A stretch of 64,000 nt of DNA from a virus: positions 1-64,000 of IMG/VR virus record IMGVR_UViG_3300030333_002703; one strand, 5' to 3'. Numbering within the stretch: the stretch's first letter is position 1; the number at the start of each line of letters is the position of its first letter. Positions 1 to 9,072 of the stretch are shown here, one piece after another. The notes under the pieces were generated by a model. It was not told the origin of the DNA, ran no database searches, and worked only from the letters and a program-made list of their open reading frames with translations. A program made the position numbers and the translations under genes.

Positions 1-15
1 TGGTTGATTGGTTGG

Positions 16-424
16 GAGGTAGGGGGGGTTTTACCTCGTTAGAGGTAGATGTAGGGACAAAACGATAATGATTTATTCCCAACCATATGGTTGGGATTCA
101 AGGGATTATGGCTTGCCGAAGTCCAACACACACGCACGTAGGTTTTACCATTGTCCCAATGGTAACGGAACTACCTACCTCGTTGTCATCATTCCATGAT
201 GGGTCGTTCCAACGAACTGTCTATCTCGGAGTGTGACGTTCCGTAGGAACGCCACGCTCCGTATGGGATTGACACTCATCCTAAAGGATGGGGGGCAGGT
301 TTTACCCGCCGCCCTACCTACCTCGGTCGCCTCCGACACCCCTATGGGGTGACTACCTCAATGGGGGGGTTTTACCCGACCCCCGAGGTAGGCGGAGTCG
401 CGGCCCCTAGGGGGGGTTTTACCC
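16..424. repeat. Non-coding region with dispersed short repeats: GGTTTTACC x5 (often after a G-run) and CTACCTC/GAGGTAG in both orientations
   Basis: GGTTTTACC at 27-35, 141-149, 298-306, 368-376, 415-423; CTACCTACCTC near 171 and 315; GAGGTAG near 16, 42, 386; no ORF in the track. Confidence 0.8.
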
Positions 425-477
425 TTCCTAGCAGTGCGCGTTATTGAGAAATTTTTTTTTCTGGGGGAACCCAATTG

Positions 478-507
478 TGATTAACTGCCATCTTATCCCG
501 TTATTTG
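478..507 (+). promoter_or_regulatory. Putative leaderless (late) promoter TGATTAACTG..TCTTATCCCGTT
   Basis: Near-identical copy at 915-943; the TAA core lies 26 nt before ATG 508. Confidence 0.6.
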
Positions 508-921
508 ATGGCGGCTCCAATTGACCTCGCGTTCGCCATTTTGAAAATGCCATATCATGGGACTAGCCTTGCCAATGCCCAAAAAATTATGGAAGAAGGT
601 TTGAAACCTCATTACGGCGAATACAGTATTCATCATGATGCCCCTCCAGTATCTTGGGCAACAGATGATTTAGGTGAAGCAGCAGAATACGCAATTGATT
701 GGAGTAGCCTTGACGATACACCTGCGATTATCCATATTCCAGATGAGATAGAACCATTTGAGAATTGGGGAGATACATACCTATACGATAAGGTGATTCC
801 ACCTGACCAATTGAGTATTCACTGGCAAGGTGAACCATATAATCCAGAACAACATGATGACGAATGGGCTTGGCGTGAATTAAATGAAGAACTCGCCCAA
901 CTAAACAACAACCCTGATTAA
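508..921 (+). CDS. ADP-ribosyltransferase-fold (Tpt1/KptA/PARP-like) protein with N-terminal tag
   Basis: YHGTS..A..I..EGLKP and WATDDLGEAAEYA motifs, C-terminal IPP; N-terminus MAAPIDLAFAILK. Confidence 0.65.
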   Translation: MAAPIDLAFAILKMPYHGTSLANAQKIMEEGLKPHYGEYSIHHDAPPVSWATDDLGEAAEYAIDWSSLDDTPAIIHIPDEIEPFENWGDTYLYDKVIPPDQLSIHWQGEPYNPEQHDDEWAWRELNEELAQLNNNPD

Positions 922-943
922 CTGTTATCTTATCCCGTTGTTC
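915..943 (+). promoter_or_regulatory. Second copy of the putative promoter
   Basis: TGATTAACTGTTATCTTATCCCGTT; TAA core 25 nt before ATG 944. Confidence 0.6.
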
Positions 944-1426
944 ATGGGCCATCCAATTGACCACGCATTTCATTTTTTGAAAAAATCAATTGACGATGAA
1001 GATTGGGATGATGACCCTACAGACCCCATGCAAAACTTTTCTTGGTGGCAGGGGGGTGACAAACCCAGTGGTGGCAAACCCGAGGAAGGTGATTGGGGTA
1101 TGCACCCTACAGATGAAATGTTTATGTCAAAACAAGGAGATTATGTCAATGCAGAAGGCCGAATCTTATGTCAAATTGAAGCAGCAAAAGGTCGAGCAGT
1201 CCCTGCCACTTGGGTGGCAGTTGACCACGTTAATACGTACTTTTGTGACCCCCACTATGATGAAGTAGAAAGAGTGAATACAGGTCCAGAAACACTTGGC
1301 CCATTAACAGAAGAATCACAAGAAGAGTATGAGATAGCAAGGCATTGGTGGGATAATCACGTTCATCATAACCCTGAAGGATGGTATGCTGAACCTGTAA
1401 CAGATACAAAAGGCAACCCTATTTAA
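944..1426 (+). CDS. Acidic hypothetical protein with N-terminal tag
   Basis: ORF; MGHPIDHAFHFLKK|S; start chosen from promoter spacing. Confidence 0.75.
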   Translation: MGHPIDHAFHFLKKSIDDEDWDDDPTDPMQNFSWWQGGDKPSGGKPEEGDWGMHPTDEMFMSKQGDYVNAEGRILCQIEAAKGRAVPATWVAVDHVNTYFCDPHYDEVERVNTGPETLGPLTEESQEEYEIARHWWDNHVHHNPEGWYAEPVTDTKGNPI

Positions 1427-1449
1427 CTGCCCCCGCTTCCCAGACTAGT

Positions 1450-4431
1450 ATGACGGACCCGTTTGAGCAGGCGTTCCAGTCAGTTCGTAAGAGACAAAGT
1501 ACGTTACATGATTGGGATGATGATGCCATTGAAGATATCGGTCTCCCTCCTAAACCTCACCCTCAACATGGTGGTTATTCTGCTTTAGACCACAGCCTGC
1601 AAAATATCATTCTTCAAGCACGACCCGAAGCAGAAAAATTAGTTGAACAATGGGGAGAAAAAGTTCCATCTTGGATGGGATTAAATGCTGATGATTTCCA
1701 TGTTGTCACTTTACCCGGACATTTGGCTCATGAGGATTATGGTGGCGGTGAACGATACACTGGTCTAGATAGAACTGCCTTACAATCAAAAAGGAGAAAA
1801 AAATTGGAGGAGGGTGCTGACAGACCTGCGCCCCAACCATTCAAAACTCGTAGTGAAATGGCGGATTACCATAATATGCATGAATCAAGTCCAAGTGAAA
1901 CTTATTCTCAATCATGGATGATGGCTCCTATTCCTCACGCATTGGCAACTTTGATGCATCGTGGAATGCCATTTGACGAGGCTGCTAATAGAATCAAAAA
2001 TGGTTTGCATGACACCCACAAATATAAGGAAACGTACAAAGATAGCGAAGATATTCACAACTTTGTAGATGCAATTGGGAATACTCATGTTCCAATCGGA
2101 CATTTAACTATGAGAGGGCCAAGAGTATCTGAAATGTACATGACTAAATTGGGAGGAGAAGATGACAAATATGGACTTCAGCATCGAATTATGCCCAATA
2201 AAAGAATGCCTGTTATGGCAGGTTTAGGACTTGGAAGATTATTACAAGGTACTATGCTTCATAGATTAGGTTCAGATGCAATGGGTAGTGACAATCGTAC
2301 CATTTTTTCTGAAGGGCAAACTCAAGCCACTAAAACACAAGCAAAAGGCATACAACAACGTCTTAGAGAAAAATTGGAGGGAGCCGTTAGTTCAAGTCCT
2401 GCAGCAAGAGGTTTCCGAAGTCGAGCGCTTAATTTGAGAGACAAAATATCAGGCACATCTCGATTCGATGACCCAAAAAAGAAATTTGAAGAAACCATGT
2501 TTGCAGGATTGGTTCCGGGTTCTGTTGACGAACAAGATGCAACAAAAAATAGATTGATAAGCACACACGCGGCACAACTGGACTTAAGACCGGGGCCACA
2601 ATATGGAGTGGACCGAAAAACATGGGAAGATTTAGGTTGGGGAGATTTGAGACCTACATATGGCGCACAACATCATTTACCAAAAATAAACAGACCTGCA
2701 TCATCTCCGGTAAATCCTAATCCGAGTTTTAGTCAGAAGCCGTGGAGCAGAGAACATTTGCGACGACAACATCGTAATCTGTTAGAAAATAAATATGGTG
2801 AAGGTGATTGGCTCGATGATGCAGCGCGCAACTATAGACAACATGAAATGACACCCTTACCGCATGAGGTTGCAGAAGTACTGGGTTTGGACACTATGAA
2901 CCCCACATTGTCAACAACAATAGATGGTCAAAATGTTCCTTTAGCAAGATTACACGGCGACCCATACGTTTGGGATATACCAGAAGCACTAACAGAAAGA
3001 ATGAACAGACCTCAAGTAGTTCGTCAAATAAGAGATAGATTGCGTGATTTTGATGAGGGTGACAACGAATTGCCTGAAGATTATTTATATCAAACACAAT
3101 TGTCACAATGGCAACCGGGTGGTCGATTGCGGGAGAAAGAGCCATTTTTCGATGACCTTCCAGATGATATTGAAACTGGCGAACCGATGGAAATAGCGTA
3201 TCGTTTGTTAAAAAGCATCATGGATTTAGGCGCTGACGATGTTTCAACGCAACCAGAACAACCGTTACAAGCACCCGCCAATGTAATGGAAGAACCACCA
3301 AGAAAAGCATTGGGTATCATGGGTCATCATGATTGGCATGACCTTGAAAGATTCGATGACAAGATTGGAGAATGGATTGACATACACGGTATGCCAACTC
3401 ACATTGTATCGGATGGAAGCAGCGGCACAGGTGCAATGGCATCACAATGGGCGCTGGACAATGACATCCCAATTATTACTCACAAACCCAACTTCCGTGG
3501 TGGCAACCGATTCACTGCACCCGCACAAAGTCGGCAACGGATTGTCAATAGTTCTGACCATATTCTTGCATTCCCATCCATCAATGGTAGTGGTACAATG
3601 GAAGGTATCACAATGGCAAGGCAAGCGGGCAAACCAGTTCATTTGCATTACATTGAACACCCACATGATACGCCCATTAGCGAAGTAGGCACAGCCGAAG
3701 AACGAGAAAGACAAAGTCCGTGGTTGTTGGAACCAACGCCTGAACGCACATCACCTGAACCCGAAGTGCCACAAAGAACTCGCAGACAAGTGGGTGCAGC
3801 GCGCGGTCATCGCGGGCGACGTGATGACAATGTTGAAACGGGCGAGCCAATGGATATCTGGTCTCGTATGTTGAAAGAGGAACAAGGTGAGTGGGTTCCC
3901 GAAGAGCAACGTATGTCCGATGATGAATTGACTCACTTGCTAACATTCCCTGACTTACCTGAAGAAGTACGCGAAGATGTATTGCGAGAGATTCAACGTC
4001 GTCAAAATATCAATACAGGCGAACCAATGGATTTGTCATACCGTTTGTTGAAAGAAAGTATGATGGGAACAAAAGGTTGGCCCGAAGAAGAAGATGAAGA
4101 TGTATGTTGTAAAAATGCCAAAGCACATTACCGAGAAGTAGCAAATAATTCACCAGCAAAAACTTTCTTAGGTGGATGGAATAGTCCTAATGACCAGTAT
4201 ATGGAATGTGCCGAGTTTGAAATGTATCTCCGTGATGAAATCGAAGGTCTCCGAGATATGGCATCCATTCCAATGGTCGCTGACGCAATTACAGAATTAG
4301 AATCAGTATTAGACAATTGGGAACATTGTGATGAATACGATTTTAATGAATATGAAGAATTAAGACCTGAAGGTAGCGAAATCTTTACCGCAGGAGAACC
4401 TATGGACTTAGCGTGGAGGATGTTCAAATGA
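1450..4431 (+). CDS. 993-aa tagged polyprotein: possible GNAT-like domain, SLOG (YspA/DUF2493-like) domain, small helical and Cys-containing domains
   Basis: Five tag copies (N-term, 3172, 3835, 4012, C-term); SLOG pattern at 3301-3651 (GIMGHHDW, IVSDGSSGTGAMA, SDHILAFP..GSGT..GI..A...GKPV). Confidence 0.75.
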   Translation: MTDPFEQAFQSVRKRQSTLHDWDDDAIEDIGLPPKPHPQHGGYSALDHSLQNIILQARPEAEKLVEQWGEKVPSWMGLNADDFHVVTLPGHLAHEDYGGGERYTGLDRTALQSKRRKKLEEGADRPAPQPFKTRSEMADYHNMHESSPSETYSQSWMMAPIPHALATLMHRGMPFDEAANRIKNGLHDTHKYKETYKDSEDIHNFVDAIGNTHVPIGHLTMRGPRVSEMYMTKLGGEDDKYGLQHRIMPNKRMPVMAGLGLGRLLQGTMLHRLGSDAMGSDNRTIFSEGQTQATKTQAKGIQQRLREKLEGAVSSSPAARGFRSRALNLRDKISGTSRFDDPKKKFEETMFAGLVPGSVDEQDATKNRLISTHAAQLDLRPGPQYGVDRKTWEDLGWGDLRPTYGAQHHLPKINRPASSPVNPNPSFSQKPWSREHLRRQHRNLLENKYGEGDWLDDAARNYRQHEMTPLPHEVAEVLGLDTMNPTLSTTIDGQNVPLARLHGDPYVWDIPEALTERMNRPQVVRQIRDRLRDFDEGDNELPEDYLYQTQLSQWQPGGRLREKEPFFDDLPDDIETGEPMEIAYRLLKSIMDLGADDVSTQPEQPLQAPANVMEEPPRKALGIMGHHDWHDLERFDDKIGEWIDIHGMPTHIVSDGSSGTGAMASQWALDNDIPIITHKPNFRGGNRFTAPAQSRQRIVNSSDHILAFPSINGSGTMEGITMARQAGKPVHLHYIEHPHDTPISEVGTAEERERQSPWLLEPTPERTSPEPEVPQRTRRQVGAARGHRGRRDDNVETGEPMDIWSRMLKEEQGEWVPEEQRMSDDELTHLLTFPDLPEEVREDVLREIQRRQNINTGEPMDLSYRLLKESMMGTKGWPEEEDEDVCCKNAKAHYREVANNSPAKTFLGGWNSPNDQYMECAEFEMYLRDEIEGLRDMASIPMVADAITELESVLDNWEHCDEYDFNEYEELRPEGSEIFTAGEPMDLAWRMFK

Positions 4432-6089
4432 ATTGGTGGGAATTATTGAAACAATATAGCGTCGATGATGATTGGGAAGATTTTGACCCCGCCCTTCATG
4501 ATGTGAAAGAGTATTTGGCAGGTGTAGAAGGTCCACACATTAGTCCATATGAAGATGTAGAGAGAGCGACAGCAGGAGACATCATCGAAGATGCGCTACG
4601 GTCTGAAAAAGAATCGCGTGGGCAAGGTGGTGCAGGTCCACCACGTGGTCCCGGTGAAGACAGACCTGCACGTGGGCAATCGGCTTCCGTACCAATTAAA
4701 CCAAGAACAGATATGGGGTATCGTAGAGGAACAGGCAGTGAACCAAGTCGCGGATATATTCGACCACGAAATACACCATTGCCACCGCCGCGAGAAAATA
4801 CAGATAGAGAACAATTCAATTATTCACGTGTGCCGCGACGTATTTTGATGCCGGGTGAAGACGCTCGTGGTAATATCCAAGAGAGCGCTCGAAATATGCG
4901 TTGGCTTGAACCACCTGCACCGGGTTCAGATGAAAGTGCTATTGATGCAGCCGTTGAGTCAATAATGGGTCGTGGTGGTGTAACTGAGTTTGGTGATTTG
5001 GTCACTCACCCCGGTTCATTGATGACTGAAAGCGACCTCGCAGACAAATATCACGGTTCACCAATTCATTTAGACACTAGTGATGAGTTTGCCAATATAG
5101 CAGATTTGTTATCAGAAGATGACCTGACCCATGATGTAGCAGGTGTAATGTCAACTGGTGAGAAATATCCAGTCGAGTTCCAAGAGATAGCCGCTGAATT
5201 ACAAGATGACCCAGATGCTCCCACACCTCCTTGGAGTGTAGATGCAATGGAAGAGGCCATTCGTTCAGGTAAGGTAACACCTGAAGAATTAGAACTGTTC
5301 ATCAATCCTGAAAATCCTGACAGACTAACCACTCGTTCAACTATTGGAATGGACCCAATGACCGCAATGGAACTTGGATTGCCCCCATTTGGCACAGATG
5401 ATACGCCTACTGCTGAACGTCGAGTGCATATTGACCGTGACCCACAAGTGCATGAAATTATGGAAACAATAGAGGACCATCCAGATGATTTCGATATGGA
5501 AAGAATTATGGAAGGCGCACATCTTGGCCCAGAACATGATATTGCAGAGCCAACCTTTGCAGGCATTCCTTTCAGAGAAGATACTGGATTTACAATGGGT
5601 GAGCCAATGACACCGTTCAATGCAGCATGGACTTTGCTGAAATTCAATACTGGTGCAGATTACGGCCAACAGTCTGCATTAGATGATGATTTATCCAATC
5701 CGACAAGGCATTGGGATGACCCATCCATGAATGACTTACGTGACCAAGATTTCATGGAATACATGGATGAGTTGTATCAACGAAAAGTAGGAGGCGACCT
5801 TGAATCCGAAGCAATTTGGAATTGGTACACCAAAAATCATCCTGAAATAACAAATCAGATTGAAGAAACATACAGTGTTCCCGGTATGGAACCCGGCGCA
5901 CCAGAAGAAGGTGGCGTTGAAAGTGGCGGTAGTAATCGAGTGAAAGTAACATCCAGTCCCAGCGCACAATTGACTGCCGCTGCCAATCATCATGGATTTG
6001 AGTTTGATGAGTTCGGTAATTTAAGCAGGATAGAATCACCGACGGAATCTCCAAAATCAAAGTCAATTATGGATTTAGGTAGTGAATAG
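4428..6089 (+). CDS. Acidic, low-complexity tagged polyprotein
   Basis: ATGA overlap with upstream stop, GGAGG RBS; MNWWELLK start, internal GEPMTPFNAAWTLLK, C-terminal KSIMDLGSE. Confidence 0.75.
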   Translation: MNWWELLKQYSVDDDWEDFDPALHDVKEYLAGVEGPHISPYEDVERATAGDIIEDALRSEKESRGQGGAGPPRGPGEDRPARGQSASVPIKPRTDMGYRRGTGSEPSRGYIRPRNTPLPPPRENTDREQFNYSRVPRRILMPGEDARGNIQESARNMRWLEPPAPGSDESAIDAAVESIMGRGGVTEFGDLVTHPGSLMTESDLADKYHGSPIHLDTSDEFANIADLLSEDDLTHDVAGVMSTGEKYPVEFQEIAAELQDDPDAPTPPWSVDAMEEAIRSGKVTPEELELFINPENPDRLTTRSTIGMDPMTAMELGLPPFGTDDTPTAERRVHIDRDPQVHEIMETIEDHPDDFDMERIMEGAHLGPEHDIAEPTFAGIPFREDTGFTMGEPMTPFNAAWTLLKFNTGADYGQQSALDDDLSNPTRHWDDPSMNDLRDQDFMEYMDELYQRKVGGDLESEAIWNWYTKNHPEITNQIEETYSVPGMEPGAPEEGGVESGGSNRVKVTSSPSAQLTAAANHHGFEFDEFGNLSRIESPTESPKSKSIMDLGSE

Positions 6090-6140
6090 ACCGAAATCTT
6101 TACCTGCTCATTCGCGTTCCATCAACTGTGTTGGTGAACT

Positions 6141-6980
6141 GTGGCTGATTTCCGCGTGTATGAGGTTGGACCTCGTGATGGTCTACAAAATGCTTCATTC
6201 ACTACAACCACTGATGACAAAATACAACTCATTCGGTCACTTGCGAATGCAGGTTTAACCAATATGGAAGTGGGTTCGTTTGTACATCCCAAATTAGTTC
6301 CATCAATGGCAGATAGCGCAGAAGTGTTTGAAGAAATTGCAGACCTTGGTGATTTTTCTGTATTGGTTCCAAATGAGAAAGGATTAGACCGAGCGATTCG
6401 TGCAGGTGTTGAAAATTTCAACATTTTCTTTTCACCTTCCGAATCTTTCAATGCGCGAAACTTAAGACGTACACGTAAAGAAGCAATGATTGAGTATTTA
6501 CGAATGCTTGACAAAGTTCCTGACAGCAAAGTTCGAGTTTACCTTTCTGTGATATTTGGATGCCCATTTGAAGGAAAAATATCCGACGACATCATTTACG
6601 ATTCTATTTTGGAAGCCTCGCTTCTAGGAGATACAATTGTGCTATGTGATACCATTGGCACAGCAAATGAAAATGAAATAAACAAAATATGTGAATATGC
6701 TGAAGATTTCAAAGCGAACTTCGCTTTACATCTTCATCATAAACCTGAAAATGAAGAACGAGCATTGAACTTAATTGAAACTGCCATAGCCGGTGGAATC
6801 ACTGAAATTGATGCAAGCATTGGCGGAATGGGTGGATGTCCTTTCATCCCCGGTTCCAGTGGAAATGTAAGTACTGAAAAACTTCTAGACCTACCCGGTT
6901 TAGATTGTGGCCTTGATTATGATTCCTTGTTACCCGCACTTGAGTGGGTGCAACATAGGAAGAACAAGGTGACATTATGA
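6141..6980 (+). CDS. hmgL: Hydroxymethylglutaryl-CoA lyase (DRE-TIM family), auxiliary metabolic gene
   Basis: EVGPRDGLQN, GSFVHPK, FGCPFEG, DTIG, HLH, GGMGGCPF..GSSGNVSTE motifs. Confidence 0.9.
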   Translation: MADFRVYEVGPRDGLQNASFTTTTDDKIQLIRSLANAGLTNMEVGSFVHPKLVPSMADSAEVFEEIADLGDFSVLVPNEKGLDRAIRAGVENFNIFFSPSESFNARNLRRTRKEAMIEYLRMLDKVPDSKVRVYLSVIFGCPFEGKISDDIIYDSILEASLLGDTIVLCDTIGTANENEINKICEYAEDFKANFALHLHHKPENEERALNLIETAIAGGITEIDASIGGMGGCPFIPGSSGNVSTEKLLDLPGLDCGLDYDSLLPALEWVQHRKNKVTL

Positions 6981-7138
6981 TAGAAATAGTATTGGGCGCA
7001 TTTTTTGGCATGACAGTGATTTTTTGCTTGAACTTTTGGTTGGCAATCAGACCGCTCGGTGAAATCGAATTAGATTTCTCCGTTGAAGATTTCGTAGATG
7101 AAATGTATGCGGGCCATAGTTATGGACGGGATGACTGA
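6977..7138 (+). CDS. Small single-TM protein (53 aa)
   Basis: MIEIVLGAFFGMTVIFCLNFWLAIR..; ATGA overlap with hmgL stop; below ORF-track cutoff. Confidence 0.6.
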   Translation: MIEIVLGAFFGMTVIFCLNFWLAIRPLGEIELDFSVEDFVDEMYAGHSYGRDD

Positions 7139-7234
7139 TTGTGTGCAGAACACATAGCAATTTTTCTTGCTTTGTGGTTTTTTTGCTATACAGCAGGAAT
7201 TATTTTTGCTGAATTAATGTTTGGTGGCGAGTAA
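7139..7234 (+). CDS. Small single-TM peptide (31 aa)
   Basis: TTG start; CAEHIAIFLALWFFCYTAGIIFAELMFGGE. Confidence 0.45.
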   Translation: MCAEHIAIFLALWFFCYTAGIIFAELMFGGE

Positions 7235-7351
7235 ATGATTGCATGGCTATGGTTTTTCATTCCACTATGGGTAACAGGATTCACGATTGGATTTTATGCC
7301 AAACGAATCAATCGCTGGTTGGATGAACCCAAAGCGTTTGTGATTAAATGA
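7235..7351 (+). CDS. Small single-TM peptide (38 aa)
   Basis: MIAWLWFFIPLWVTGFTIGFYAKRINRW..; GGTGG upstream. Confidence 0.55.
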   Translation: MIAWLWFFIPLWVTGFTIGFYAKRINRWLDEPKAFVIK

Positions 7352-7553
7352 TGATTCCTAGTAATCGCATTAATGCTTCAAGTTTAGGGTGGAAATCAGT
7401 GCCGATGCCATTTTCATCAGGTTTTTTTTCTTGTTCTTGTTCCCACGGTGCTTGAGGTGCAGAAGGCTCTACACGGTCCATATCTTCTGATACAACATCG
7501 TCAATATCGTCTTTGAGGAATGCCCATGCTTTTTCAATTGGTATGTTCATCAT
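7344..7553 (-). CDS. Small acidic protein with N-terminal tag
   Basis: MMNIPIEKAWAFLK; GGAGG RBS upstream of 7553. Confidence 0.7.
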   Translation of the reverse strand: MMNIPIEKAWAFLKDDIDDVVSEDMDRVEPSAPQAPWEQEQEKKPDENGIGTDFHPKLEALMRLLGIII

Positions 7554-8184
7554 ATTCTTGTCCTCCTTGTCCTCTAAGTTGATGTATCCAATAGTCACAT
7601 TTGTCAGCGATTTCATAATACAAGTTAAAATGTGGGTCGTCCATTCCTAACCTGTCAGCATTCCATGCTGATAAATCACCCATTTCCATCAATTTTTTTA
7701 TCATATGATTACGAAATTGTTCCCCTTCGGTAAGTGGCTCTCTTTGCATCATCGGGTCATTTTCTGATTCAAAAGTCAATTGTTCCACTCGTGGTGTAAT
7801 TCCTTCGATGTATTCTGCACCATCTATCATTCTATCAGGTTCGGTTTCATCGTAGTCATAATGTAAATCACCTACGTCAGGGTAACCTCGAAAGGTTGTA
7901 CGAGGCATTTTGATGATTGACCATGCTTTTTCAATTGGTTTGTATGTGCCACGTTCTTTGAAGTGACGTGCGCGGTTGTCGTGTGGATTTTCCAATGTGA
8001 CAGTATTGGCGCTGGTGTGAGATACGTCAGGGCCACCTTCCCCCATGATACCACGCTGACGGCGTTCTTGGTTGAGTTCTTCTCGGTATTTTACACGGTC
8101 AGGTGAGGATTCATATTTGGTATCGTATCGACGTTTATGCTCAAGCGCTTCTTTGGATTTGGCTCGCTTGACTAAGACCGTCAT
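7534..8184 (-). CDS. Two-part protein: basic HNH-like N-terminal domain + tag + acidic domain
   Basis: RR..G.MGEGGPDVSH...ENPHDNRARH resembles small phage HNH-like proteins; internal PIEKAWSIIK. Confidence 0.6.
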   Translation of the reverse strand: MTVLVKRAKSKEALEHKRRYDTKYESSPDRVKYREELNQERRQRGIMGEGGPDVSHTSANTVTLENPHDNRARHFKERGTYKPIEKAWSIIKMPRTTFRGYPDVGDLHYDYDETEPDRMIDGAEYIEGITPRVEQLTFESENDPMMQREPLTEGEQFRNHMIKKLMEMGDLSAWNADRLGMDDPHFNLYYEIADKCDYWIHQLRGQGGQEYDEHTN

Positions 8185-8237
8185 GGTATCGCCACATATA
8201 GAGTAGTTCATAACCTTCGCTGCCTTCGACCTATTAC

Positions 8238-8990
8238 ATGGGCCTCGTAGGTGTATTGGCTAAGGCTATTTCTGCCAAAGAATTAGAACTTGCTGCATCT
8301 GGTGGAATACCACCTCGTCTTGGTGGCGGTATGGTAGGTTCACAAGGCGTTGAACGTGGTGTCGAAGGTCGAACAGGTTACGGTTCTATTGAACCATCAC
8401 GTGCGTACCATCGAGCAATGAGCGGTGATTTGGGCGTTCCTAAGCCTGACCCATTGCGACCCGACGAAGGACATCATGACCGATTGGCTGAATTACTCAC
8501 CGAATTAGAACAAGCCGAGCGTAGAACTCGAAATGTGGGAGGCCCACCAAAACCTTGGGAAGAAGAACAACGCGGTGGCAGTCTAGGTCGCGCACTACGT
8601 CGTGAACATGGCGGTAGTCGTATGTTTGCTCAACCACCCGGTGGTGGAATGGGGCGTTCAATGCGTGGTGTTCAAACAGCAGATATCCCCGGCGCACCTG
8701 AAGCCACACCTTGGGAACGTGAAGAAGCAATGGGTAGTGACGAACCATCCATGACTGGTGTGCCACGCCCCGAGACATCTACTCCACCTAGTGGCCCACA
8801 AGGTCGTGGGTCAGGCGCAGTCGCAGTATCTTCACCCAGATTGAATATCACAGGGGATGCCGACCTTCCTGAATCATTGCGTGGAATTGATTTGAGTGCA
8901 TTACCTCCTGCTTTCCGTGCCAAACTACCAAAGATTGCTGGTAGTATGGCTGATAGACCTCGCGGAACGGGTCATCGTAGGCAAGAATGA
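8238..8990 (+). CDS. Gly/Pro/Arg-rich low-complexity protein
   Basis: 250-aa ORF; TCATAA element ~27 nt upstream; starts MGLVGVLAK|A. Confidence 0.7.
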   Translation: MGLVGVLAKAISAKELELAASGGIPPRLGGGMVGSQGVERGVEGRTGYGSIEPSRAYHRAMSGDLGVPKPDPLRPDEGHHDRLAELLTELEQAERRTRNVGGPPKPWEEEQRGGSLGRALRREHGGSRMFAQPPGGGMGRSMRGVQTADIPGAPEATPWEREEAMGSDEPSMTGVPRPETSTPPSGPQGRGSGAVAVSSPRLNITGDADLPESLRGIDLSALPPAFRAKLPKIAGSMADRPRGTGHRRQE

Positions 8991-9072
8991 AAACCCTTGC
9001 TAGGTAGGGCCTAGTTGGGTCGGGATGCGTTGTCTGTGGTTTCTCTCCCTCCTCCATCTCGGCCCACCCATT

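Noticed and set aside
16-424. CRISPR array
   Set aside because: Repeats are only ~9-15 nt with irregular spacing (47-157 nt) and no cas genes nearby
508-546. Tag as a Sec/Tat secretion signal peptide
   Set aside because: No basic n-region or long hydrophobic core, and the motif also occurs internally and at a C-terminus
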